Shown piece after piece: positions 28,916 to 36,503 of a stretch of DNA of 64,000 nt. The notes below the pieces were generated by a model. The model saw only the letters and a program-made list of their open reading frames with translations, had not been told where the DNA came from and did not search any database. How positions within the stretch are numbered: the first letter of the stretch is position 1; each line of letters begins with the position of its first letter. The DNA is from an uncultured Gemmatimonadales bacterium (GTDB lineage: Bacteria > Gemmatimonadota > Gemmatimonadetes > Gemmatimonadales > GWC2-71-9), in assembly GCA_963812085.1 (NCBI GenBank), contig CAWETL010000005.1, forward strand, positions 128,779 through 192,778, given 5' to 3'. A program made the position numbers and the translations under genes.

Positions 28916-28944
28916 AGTCTAGACCGCACACCCGATTATGTCAA
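28916..28944 (-). promoter_or_regulatory. sigma70-like promoter for the infC-rpmI-rplT(-pheST) operon
   Basis: The minus strand reads TTGACA-17 nt-TAGACT (-35 at 28939-28944, -10 at 28916-28921). Overlaps the last codon and stop of the upstream MBL-fold gene. Confidence 0.55.
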
Positions 28945-29846
28945 CCAGGCACCGCGTTCGGCGCGAGGACCTCGTCGACGAGCCCCGCGCCGCCCTTGGC
29001 CTCGACCGCCCTGCCGTACGCCACCCGGGGATCGTGCTCGAAGAGGAGCAGCCAGCCCCCCGCCACGGCGTCCCGGAGCATCGCCCGCCGGGACTCGAGG
29101 CTCCGCAGCGGTTCCACGTCGTACCCCATGATCCAGGGCAGCGGCAGGTGCGCGGACGTCGGGATCAGGTCGGCCAGGAACACCAGCGTTTCGCCGCCGT
29201 CGGAAATGATGACCGACTGGTGCCACGGCACGTGCCCCGGCGTGACCCGGACCCGGATGCCGGGGAACACTTCGCCGTCCCCCTCGAGGAGGCGGAACTT
29301 CCCGGCGGCGTCCACCGGCTCGAAATTGTGCGGGAGATAGCTGGCCCTGGTCCGTTCGTTGGTGTGCCGGGCGAAGTCGAGATCTCCCCGCTGCACGATA
29401 TAGGTGGCGTTGGGAAAGGTGAGCCGGACCTCACTGGTGCCGTCGGGCAGGGCGACGGCGGTCGTGTTGCCCCCGGCGTGGTCGAAATGCAGGTGGGTGT
29501 TGATCACCCAGCGGATGTCCGACGGGGCGTGGCCAAGCTCGCGAAGCGCATCCTCGAGCTGTGTCGGCCCCGGATGTCCGGCGTTCTCGGTGCCGTAGAT
29601 CTCCTGGAATTTCGTGTCTTCCTTGTTGCCCAACCCGGAGTCCACGAGGACGAGGCCGCCGGGATGCTCCACCAGGAGGCAGCGCATGGCGAGCGGAATC
29701 CGGTTCCGGTCGTCCGGCGCCATCCGGCGCGACCAGAGGGTGCGCGGCACCACGCCGAACATCGCGCCGCCGTCGAGCCGCTGGAGGCCGGCCTCGATCG
29801 TGTGACAGCGCAACCGGCCGAGGGTGAAGGAGTGAGTCAGCTTCAT
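28941..29846 (-). CDS. MBL-fold metallo-hydrolase
   Basis: INTHLHFDHAGGN (HxHxDH motif). 301 aa. Confidence 0.85.
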   Translation of the reverse strand: MKLTHSFTLGRLRCHTIEAGLQRLDGGAMFGVVPRTLWSRRMAPDDRNRIPLAMRCLLVEHPGGLVLVDSGLGNKEDTKFQEIYGTENAGHPGPTQLEDALRELGHAPSDIRWVINTHLHFDHAGGNTTAVALPDGTSEVRLTFPNATYIVQRGDLDFARHTNERTRASYLPHNFEPVDAAGKFRLLEGDGEVFPGIRVRVTPGHVPWHQSVIISDGGETLVFLADLIPTSAHLPLPWIMGYDVEPLRSLESRRAMLRDAVAGGWLLLFEHDPRVAYGRAVEAKGGAGLVDEVLAPNAVPG

Positions 29847-29858
29847 GGAGGCAAAATA

Positions 29859-29884
29859 GGCGGGGCGCGGGGAAGCGGGGAGGG
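29859..29884 (+). repeat. G-rich motif copy containing the exact 15-mer GCGGGGAAGCGGGGA (29867-29881)
   Basis: ggcggggcgcggggaagcggggaggg has four G-tracts. It lies 21 nt upstream (in gene orientation) of the MBL-fold gene start, on the template strand. Confidence 0.55.
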
Positions 29885-29917
29885 CCCGCCGAAGGGGCGC
29901 ACCACGGTGCGCCCGTG

Positions 29918-30736
29918 CTAGGCGCCCCGGGGACCCCCCTTCGCCGCAAGCATGCGATCGAGATCTTCAAACGTCTGCGCCCCCTGCTCGACGGCAAGGC
30001 CGAGGAGGCGGCGGAGGATCTCCGCCGTCACCAGCGCATCGCCGGCGGCCCGGTGCCTGGCGCCGTTGTCGAGGTTGAAGTGGGCGGTCACGTGGTCGAG
30101 CGCGTGGGACGGGAGCCCCCGGACCAGCCGGCGGGAGAGCCGCACGGTGCAGAGCCGCGGGCCGTCGAGCGCCAGCGCCCGGGTGCGGCGGAGCTCGGCG
30201 TCGACGAACGCCCAGTCGAACGGCGCGTTGTGCGCCACGAACACCCGGCCGGCCAGCGACCCGAGGACGACATCGGCGAGCATCTCGAAGGTGGGTGCGC
30301 CGGCCACCATCTCGTCGGTGATGCCGGTGAGGGCGCTCACCTGCGGCGAGATCGGCCGCCCCGGGTTGATCAGCGAGTCGACCACCAGTTCGGTGCGCTC
30401 GCCGTGCACCACCACGACCGCGATTTCGGTGACCCGGTCGTCCCCCGACGCGCGGGTGCCGGTGGTTTCCACGTCCACCACCGCAAAGGCGCAATCGGCC
30501 AGGAGCGGAGATCCCGCGGCACCGGCGGCCAGTGCCCAACGGCCGTCCCCGAGCTGGCGAACCCGCGGGTCGGCGCCGAGCAGGGCGACCGCAAGCCGCG
30601 CCGCGACCGCCGGAGGCGCGGCGGGCAGCCCGAGCACGTCGCGCGCGAGGACCATGGCGTCGGCCGGTCCGCCGGCCAGAAGCGTGAGCGCTCGGTCGGC
30701 AAGCGTGGAGGTGGGGTAGGCGGAGAGACCGGTCAC
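29918..30736 (-). CDS. DnaQ-like 3'-5' exonuclease domain protein (DNA polymerase III epsilon-like)
   Basis: Exo motifs FAVVDVETTG, VAHNAPFDWAF and HRAAGDALVTAEI, after an N-terminal region of about 80 aa of unknown function. Confidence 0.8.
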   Translation of the reverse strand: MTGLSAYPTSTLADRALTLLAGGPADAMVLARDVLGLPAAPPAVAARLAVALLGADPRVRQLGDGRWALAAGAAGSPLLADCAFAVVDVETTGTRASGDDRVTEIAVVVVHGERTELVVDSLINPGRPISPQVSALTGITDEMVAGAPTFEMLADVVLGSLAGRVFVAHNAPFDWAFVDAELRRTRALALDGPRLCTVRLSRRLVRGLPSHALDHVTAHFNLDNGARHRAAGDALVTAEILRRLLGLAVEQGAQTFEDLDRMLAAKGGPRGA

Positions 30737-31360
30737 TCAGCTCGGATTGGCAAGATGGTAGGCGAGCGCTTCGAGTTCGAGCGCCAGGTTCACGGTCTTG
30801 ACGGTCACGTCGGCCGGAACGGCCAGCTGTAACGGGGCGAAGTTGAGGATCGCCTTGATGCCGAGACCGACGAGGCGGTCGGCCACCGCCTGCGCCGAAT
30901 CGGGCGGCGTGACAAGCACGGCGATGTCGGGCGGCGCCTTGCCCAGCACGGACTCCAGCCGCGCGACGTCCTCCACCATGACCCCGTCGAGTTCCTGTCC
31001 GATCTTGGCCGGATCCTGGTCGAAGATGGCCGCGATATCGAAACCGCGCCGCCGAAAGCCGCGGTTCTGCACCAGCGCGCTGCCGATCTTGCCGGCGCCG
31101 ATCAGCGCCACGCGGTAATGCCGGGTGAGGCCGAGAATCTGGCGGAGCGAAACGACGAGGTCGGGCACGGAATAGCCGAGCCCGCGCTTGCCGAACGACC
31201 CGAAGAACGACAGGTCCTTCCGGACCTGCGCAGAGGTGGTGCCCCCGCGACCCGCGAGCGCCCCCGAACTGACGGTCTCGATGCCCTGCCCCTCAAACTC
31301 TTCCAAGAACCGCAGATAGAGCGAGAGCCGGCGGACGGTGCTGTCGGCGATTTTCCGCAT
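30737..31360 (-). CDS. rex: redox-sensing transcriptional repressor Rex
   Basis: TVRRLSLYLRFLEE...ISSGALA, Rossmann motif ALIGAGKIGSAL, 207 aa. A perfect Rex operator lies upstream. Confidence 0.9.
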   Translation of the reverse strand: MRKIADSTVRRLSLYLRFLEEFEGQGIETVSSGALAGRGGTTSAQVRKDLSFFGSFGKRGLGYSVPDLVVSLRQILGLTRHYRVALIGAGKIGSALVQNRGFRRRGFDIAAIFDQDPAKIGQELDGVMVEDVARLESVLGKAPPDIAVLVTPPDSAQAVADRLVGLGIKAILNFAPLQLAVPADVTVKTVNLALELEALAYHLANPS

Positions 31361-31370
31361 TCACCCGGCA

Positions 31371-31388
31371 TTGTGAAATGTTTCACAA
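31371..31388. promoter_or_regulatory. Rex operator (ROP site)
   Basis: TTGTGAAATGTTTCACAA is a perfect 18-bp palindrome matching the TTGTGAA-N4-TTCACAA Rex consensus. It lies 11 nt upstream of the rex ATG, in the 30-nt rsmA-rex spacer. Confidence 0.85.
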
Positions 31389-31390
31389 AG

Positions 31391-32185
31391 CTAAGCGGAT
31401 CGCCAACCGCCGTCAACGAGTGCCGCGTGCAGGCGGATGAACTCCACCGGCGAGAGCACCTCGGGGCGAACCGCCGGATCGAGTCCGGCCGAGTGCACCG
31501 CCGCGCCCGCCTGTTCCGCGTTCCAGCCGGTGAGCTCGCGCACCGCACGCAGCAGCTGCTTCCGCCGGAATCCGAAAAGCCCCACGACCGCCGAGCGAAA
31601 GCTGCGCACGTCCCTGTCCGGGACCAGCGGGCGCTCCAGCGGTTCGAGGCGGAGCACCGCGCTGTCCACCTTCGGCACCGGATGGAAGGCGCCGGCCGGC
31701 ACGGTAAAGAGCACCTCGGCGCGAGCGACCGCCTGGATGCCGACCGTGAGCGCGCCGTAGTCCTTGTCACCCGGACGCGCGCCCACGCGGCGCGCCACTT
31801 CCTTCTGCACCAGGAAGACGATCCGCCGCGGACGGGGCGGCGTGAGCGCCTTGTCCAGGAGCGGCGACGTGATGTTGTAGGGGATGTTGCCCGCGACGAG
31901 CGCGCCCGGACCGCCGACCGCGAGCCAGTCGAGTTCGAGCGCGTCGCCTTCGACGACGGTGACCGCCGGAAGGCGCGCGCGAAGCTCCGCGACGAGGTCG
32001 CCGTCCTTCTCGATGGCCACCACGCGGCCCGCATGCGTCAGCAGCGCGGCCGTGAGGCCGCCCGGACCCGGCCCGATCTCGAGGACGGTGTCCATCGGCG
32101 TGGCGCCGACGGCCAGGGCGATGCGATCGAGGATGCGCGGGTCCCGCAGGAAGTGCTGGCCGAGCCGGCGCTTCGGTCGGGACAC
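31391..32185 (-). CDS. rsmA: 16S rRNA (adenine1518/1519-N6)-dimethyltransferase
   Basis: RRLGQHFLRDPRILDRI, LEIGPGPGGLT, GNIPYNITSPLL. Confidence 0.93.
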   Translation of the reverse strand: MSRPKRRLGQHFLRDPRILDRIALAVGATPMDTVLEIGPGPGGLTAALLTHAGRVVAIEKDGDLVAELRARLPAVTVVEGDALELDWLAVGGPGALVAGNIPYNITSPLLDKALTPPRPRRIVFLVQKEVARRVGARPGDKDYGALTVGIQAVARAEVLFTVPAGAFHPVPKVDSAVLRLEPLERPLVPDRDVRSFRSAVVGLFGFRRKQLLRAVRELTGWNAEQAGAAVHSAGLDPAVRPEVLSPVEFIRLHAALVDGGWRSA

Positions 32186-32189
32186 GCCG

Positions 32190-33713
32190 TCAGATCCGGA
32201 GGACGAGCAGGGTGAGGTCGTCGGCGGGATGTGGCGCGAAGGCGCGAACCTCCGCGATGAGCGCCGAGACGATCTCCTCGGCGGGGAGATGGCGCCGGGC
32301 CGCGACGCCCTCGAGCAGGCGCGCTTCGCCGAACGCCTCGCCCTCGACGTCGCGGGCGTCGAGCAGCCCGTCGGTGCAGAGGCAGAGCAGGTCCTCGCCC
32401 ATGCGCCAGGGGATCTGGCTCAGCTCGATGTTGCCCCGCGCGGCCAGCCCGAGGGGCGGCGCCGTGGCCTCGAGCCGCTCCGCGCCCCCGGCTGACGGAA
32501 TCCGCCAGGCGTGGGGATGGCCGGCGCTCGCGTACGACAGCTGGGCGGCCCTCGGATCCAGGACGCCGTAGAACACCGTCAGGTACATGTCCGTGGTCGC
32601 GAGGTCGGTCGCGAGGCTGTCCAGCAGCCGTTCGAGCGTTTCGTTGGGCGTGGCCGAGCCGGCGGCGTGGATCCCCGCCGCGGAGACCACCAGCGCCATG
32701 ACCAGCGCGGCCGCGAAGCCGTGCGAGGAGACGTCACCCAGCATGACGCCCACGCGGCCGCGGCCGAACCGGTTGAAGGTGTAGAAGTCGCCGCCGACCG
32801 AGTCGGCCTGGACGCAGCGCGCCGCGACTTCGGCGTCGCCGGCAAGGACCGCGGGCGACGGCATCAGCTTGAGCTGGAGGTCGTGCGCCAGTTCGAGCTC
32901 CCGGCGGAGCCGCTGCTGCTGGAGGTCCCGCACCACCAGCCGCGCGTTCTCGATGGCGGCCCCGACCTGGTTGGCCACGGCGGTCACCAGCTTGCGGTGG
33001 CCCGGCTCGAAGGCGTCCTCGCCGAGCCGGTCGGTCAGGTTGATGACGCCGACACACCGCGTCGAGCCGCCGGGCGCCGCATAGATGATGGGCACCGAGA
33101 GGTAGGCGACGCCTCGATATCCCCGCGGGCCGCCCACGCCGTCGGTGCCTGGTGGATTCTCGATCAGGCGCCGCTCGCGGAAGGCGCGGGCCGCCACGGA
33201 CTCGGCGTCCTCGGGCGCCACGCCGGATTCCGCCGGCACGGGGAACCCCCGCGTGGCGACCACGCGGAGCCGGTCGAGGATCTTGTCGTAGACCATGATG
33301 GAGGAGCGCCGGGCCGCGACCACCGTGCTCACTTCGCGGAGAATCGTGCGGGCGGCTTCCTCGAAGTGGAGCGTCTGCCCGAGGGTCTCGCTGATGCTGT
33401 ACAGGAGGTCGATCTCCTCGTACCGCATCGCCAGCTCTCCACCCATCTCGATCACCCGCCGCTCGGTCGACAGGATACCGCCGAGCACGGGCCGGAGCCG
33501 CTCCGCGGCCGTGCGCGCGTCGGCATCCGCCAGCCCTTCGAGACTGAACCAGACTCCCTCGATCCCGGGCACGGCGTCGAGCCACGCCGAGCCGGCGGGG
33601 GTGGGGACGGATCCGGCGGTCTGCGGAATGACGGGAGCCCAGCCGGGATCCTCGCCGCCGACCACGCGCACCCGGCGCCCGTCGAACCGCCACGCGCGAA
33701 GGCGGCCCCCCAC
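32190..33713 (-). CDS. PP2C/SpoIIE-family serine phosphatase with GAF domain (RsbU-like)
   Basis: GAF-like region (ILREVSTVVAARRSSIMVYD...) followed by PP2C motifs (GGDFYTF, MLGDVSSHG, TDGLLDA). The start is uncertain: an in-frame GTG at 33713 was chosen to avoid a 320-nt overlap with the upstream kinase gene. Confidence 0.8.
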   Translation of the reverse strand: MGGRLRAWRFDGRRVRVVGGEDPGWAPVIPQTAGSVPTPAGSAWLDAVPGIEGVWFSLEGLADADARTAAERLRPVLGGILSTERRVIEMGGELAMRYEEIDLLYSISETLGQTLHFEEAARTILREVSTVVAARRSSIMVYDKILDRLRVVATRGFPVPAESGVAPEDAESVAARAFRERRLIENPPGTDGVGGPRGYRGVAYLSVPIIYAAPGGSTRCVGVINLTDRLGEDAFEPGHRKLVTAVANQVGAAIENARLVVRDLQQQRLRRELELAHDLQLKLMPSPAVLAGDAEVAARCVQADSVGGDFYTFNRFGRGRVGVMLGDVSSHGFAAALVMALVVSAAGIHAAGSATPNETLERLLDSLATDLATTDMYLTVFYGVLDPRAAQLSYASAGHPHAWRIPSAGGAERLEATAPPLGLAARGNIELSQIPWRMGEDLLCLCTDGLLDARDVEGEAFGEARLLEGVAARRHLPAEEIVSALIAEVRAFAPHPADDLTLLVLRI

Positions 33714-33751
33714 GAGGCCGCCCAGGGCGTCGAGGACCGGACCGACCCGCT

Positions 33752-34216
33752 CTACTGGCGGCGCAGGGTCATGCAGATGGAATTCCCCGGGGAGTTGAAG
33801 CGGACGTCGTCCATCAGGTTGCGGATCAGGAAGAGGCCGCGACCGCACGGCAACTCGAGGTCGTCGGGGGTCACGGGATCGCGGACGGTGGCGGGATCGA
33901 AACCGGGACCCTCGTCCGTCACGTTGACGTGCAGGCAATCGGGGAGGCACTCGACGCGCACCTCCACCATCCGGGTCGGCTCCTGGCCGTTTCCGTACAC
34001 GATGGCATTGGCCAGAGCTTCCGACAGCGCCACCCGGAACCGGAAGTGGGCGCGCCTGGGGGCGTCCCACCCGGTGAAGCAGTGCCGGGCCACGAGCTCG
34101 ACCGCCTCCTCGATGACCGAGACGTCGCTGGGGATGCGAAGGGCGATTTCCACGGCCATCCCGGTGGGAAGCGCGCGATCGGCGCGGCGGACGCAGAGGC
34201 GAAGCGGCGCGGTCAC
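33752..34216 (-). CDS. anti-sigma regulatory factor, serine/threonine kinase (RsbW/SpoIIAB-like HATPase)
   Basis: LSEALANAIVYGN, DEGPGFDP and GRGLFLIRNLMD motifs. An alternative start is MAVEIALRIP (residue 20). Confidence 0.8.
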   Translation of the reverse strand: MTAPLRLCVRRADRALPTGMAVEIALRIPSDVSVIEEAVELVARHCFTGWDAPRRAHFRFRVALSEALANAIVYGNGQEPTRMVEVRVECLPDCLHVNVTDEGPGFDPATVRDPVTPDDLELPCGRGLFLIRNLMDDVRFNSPGNSICMTLRRQ

Positions 34217-34229
34217 CGTCGTGCGGCGG

Positions 34230-34565
34230 TCAGAATCCGGCCAGCGCCTGCTCGGAGCCGTCGGCGATGGCGAAGAGCGTGTCGAGCTTGGTCAGCTCGA
34301 ACAGCGACCGGAGGTCCTCGTTCAGGCCAGCGAGCCGGAGCTCCCCGCCCTGCTCCCGGACCTTCTTGGAGATCGACACCAGCGCGCCGAGGCCGGAGGA
34401 GTCGATGTACCCCGTCTTGGCGAAGTCGATCAGGAGCTTGCGCTCGCCGTTGTCGAGTGCCGTCTGGATGGTGGCCTTGAGCTCCTGCCGGTTGCCGACG
34501 ATCAACTGGCCCTCGACTTCGATGACCAGAACGCCGGACCGGTGCTTCGACGTGGTGAACGCCAT
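34230..34565 (-). CDS. STAS-domain anti-sigma-factor antagonist (RsbV/SpoIIAA-like)
   Basis: 111 aa: LVIEVEGQLIVGNRQELK...LIDFAKTGYIDSSGLGALVS, containing the phosphorylatable Ser motif DSSGLG. Confidence 0.85.
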   Translation of the reverse strand: MAFTTSKHRSGVLVIEVEGQLIVGNRQELKATIQTALDNGERKLLIDFAKTGYIDSSGLGALVSISKKVREQGGELRLAGLNEDLRSLFELTKLDTLFAIADGSEQALAGF

Positions 34566-34579
34566 GAACGGACGCCTCC

Positions 34580-35512
34580 TCAGGGGCTCGGATCGGACTG
34601 CAGGACCGCGAGTGCGGCCACCTCGACAATATCATCGCTCGACGCGCCGCGCGACAGGTCGGCCATCGGCCGGGCCAGTCCCTGCAGGACCGGGCCGAGC
34701 GCCGCGGCGCCGGCCAGCCGCTGGACCAGCTTGTACCCGATGTTGCCGGCGTCGAGGCTCGGGAAGACCAGGACGTTGGCGCGGCCCGCCACGCTCGACG
34801 CCGGCGCCTTGCCGGCGGCCACCTCCGGCACCAGCGCGGCGTCGGCCTGCAACTCGCCGTCCGCCGGCACCCCGGGCGCCAGCGCCCGGAACCGCTCCAG
34901 CGCCTCGCGCACCAGGCTCACGGTCCGGCCGCTGGCGCTCCCGTGCGTGCTGTAGCTGAGGAACGCGACCCGGGGCGCGTCGCCCACCAGCCGCCGGCGG
35001 TCCTGCACCGCGGCCAGCGCGATGTGCGCCAGCTGCTCCGCGTTCGGCTCGGGCACCACGGCGCAATCGGTAAAGGTCAGGACACGGCCGTCGCCGAGCA
35101 GCATGTAGAAGGCCGAGCTGAGCAGGTCGGCGCCCGGCGCGGTGCCGATGGCCCAGAGGGCGGCACGGATCACGTCGCTGGTCGGGTGCGCCGCGCCGGC
35201 CACGCAGGCGGCCGCCTCGCCGAGCGCCACGAGGCCGGCCCCGAAACGCAGGGGGTCGGCTGCCAGGTCGAGGGCGTGGACGCCATCGCGGACCCGGTCG
35301 GGGGCCCGCGCCCGGAGCCGTTCCGCGATCGCGGCGAGCCGGGGATCCCGCTCCGGCTCGAGGTGGCCGGGCCCGAGCAGGATCGGCTCCGCGATCCCCT
35401 CGCGCCGGAGCCGCTCCGCGGCGGCGACCACGCGGGCGTCGCCACCCTCGGGGAGCACCACGCGCGCCCGCCGCGCCCGGGCACGCTCGAGGAGCTCGGC
35501 GCGAAAACTCAC
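34580..35512 (-). CDS. pta: phosphate acetyltransferase (PTA_PTB domain only)
   Basis: GTG start (GTGA overlap with the coaD stop): VSFRAELLERARARRARVVLPEGGDARVV, then LVFPSLDAGNIGYKLVQR. Confidence 0.85.
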   Translation of the reverse strand: MSFRAELLERARARRARVVLPEGGDARVVAAAERLRREGIAEPILLGPGHLEPERDPRLAAIAERLRARAPDRVRDGVHALDLAADPLRFGAGLVALGEAAACVAGAAHPTSDVIRAALWAIGTAPGADLLSSAFYMLLGDGRVLTFTDCAVVPEPNAEQLAHIALAAVQDRRRLVGDAPRVAFLSYSTHGSASGRTVSLVREALERFRALAPGVPADGELQADAALVPEVAAGKAPASSVAGRANVLVFPSLDAGNIGYKLVQRLAGAAALGPVLQGLARPMADLSRGASSDDIVEVAALAVLQSDPSP

Positions 35513-35991
35513 TTCGAGAAGCGGTCCCGCAGCGCCTTGGCCACCACGGGGTGCACCAGCGACGAGACGTCCCCGCCGAAGCGGGCCACCTCGCGAACGA
35601 GGCTCGAGCTGAGGTACGTGAGGTCGAGGGCGGGCACCAGGAAGACCGTCTCCAGCGCCGGGTGCAGCTGGCGGTTCATGAGCGCCATCTGGAATTCGTA
35701 CTCGAAGTCGCTCACCGCGCGGAGCCCGCGGACCACCACCGAGGCGCCGACGCGCTGGGCGAACTGCGCCAGCAGCCCCTCGAAGGCCACGAACTCGATC
35801 CGGGGGTCGCCGCCCGTGGTCGCGCGGAGCATCGCGAGCCGCTCCTCCGGCGTGAAGAGCGGCTGCTTGGCCGGGTTGACCGCCACGGCGACGATGAGCC
35901 GGTCCGCGAGCAGGAGGCTCCGTCGGATGAGGTCTTCGTGCCCGCGGGTCGGCGGGTCGAAGGAACCGGGATAGATCGCGATGCGAGTCAT
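35509..35991 (-). CDS. coaD: phosphopantetheine adenylyltransferase
   Basis: MTRIAIYPGSFDPPTRGHEDLIRRS. 160 aa. Confidence 0.95.
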   Translation of the reverse strand: MTRIAIYPGSFDPPTRGHEDLIRRSLLLADRLIVAVAVNPAKQPLFTPEERLAMLRATTGGDPRIEFVAFEGLLAQFAQRVGASVVVRGLRAVSDFEYEFQMALMNRQLHPALETVFLVPALDLTYLSSSLVREVARFGGDVSSLVHPVVAKALRDRFSK

Positions 35992-36503
35992 GGCGCGTAG
36001 CAGAAGGTGAGGGCGGTGTCGCCGTAGCGACGGGTCTCGTCGCCAGGGAGCGGGTCGGCGGCCCGGTGCTCCACCGAAAGAATGCGCGCAAAAGGCGTCC
36101 GGCGGAAGAGTTGGACCAGTTCCAGCCCCGCGCCGTGCGCGTACGGGGGGTCGGCAAACGCGAGGTCGTAGGCCGCCGGCGCGAGCTTTTCGGCGAACCG
36201 CATCGCGTCTCCCTTGTGCACCCGGCAGCGGGCCCCGACGCCGAGCGCCTCGATGTTGGCGGTCAGGGCCTTCATGGATGCCGCGCCGATCTCGACGAAA
36301 TCGACTGTGGTGGCCCCACGGGAGAGCGCCTCCAGGCCGAGCGCTCCGCTGCCGGCAAAAAGGTCCACGACGCGGGCGCCCGGGAGGGCCTCGCCGAGAA
36401 TGCTCATCCACGCCTCGCGGACCCGGTCGGCGGTGGGGCGCACGCGCGCGTCCTTTGGAGGGACGATCCTTCGGCCGCCGAATTCTCCCGCCACGATCCG
36501 CAT
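35988..36503 (-). CDS. rsmD: 16S rRNA (guanine966-N2)-methyltransferase
   Basis: MRIVAGEFGGRRIVPPKDARVRPTADRVREA, DLFAGSGALGLEALSRGA, ADPPY. Conserved rsmD-coaD pairing. Confidence 0.88.
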   Translation of the reverse strand: MRIVAGEFGGRRIVPPKDARVRPTADRVREAWMSILGEALPGARVVDLFAGSGALGLEALSRGATTVDFVEIGAASMKALTANIEALGVGARCRVHKGDAMRFAEKLAPAAYDLAFADPPYAHGAGLELVQLFRRTPFARILSVEHRAADPLPGDETRRYGDTALTFCYAP

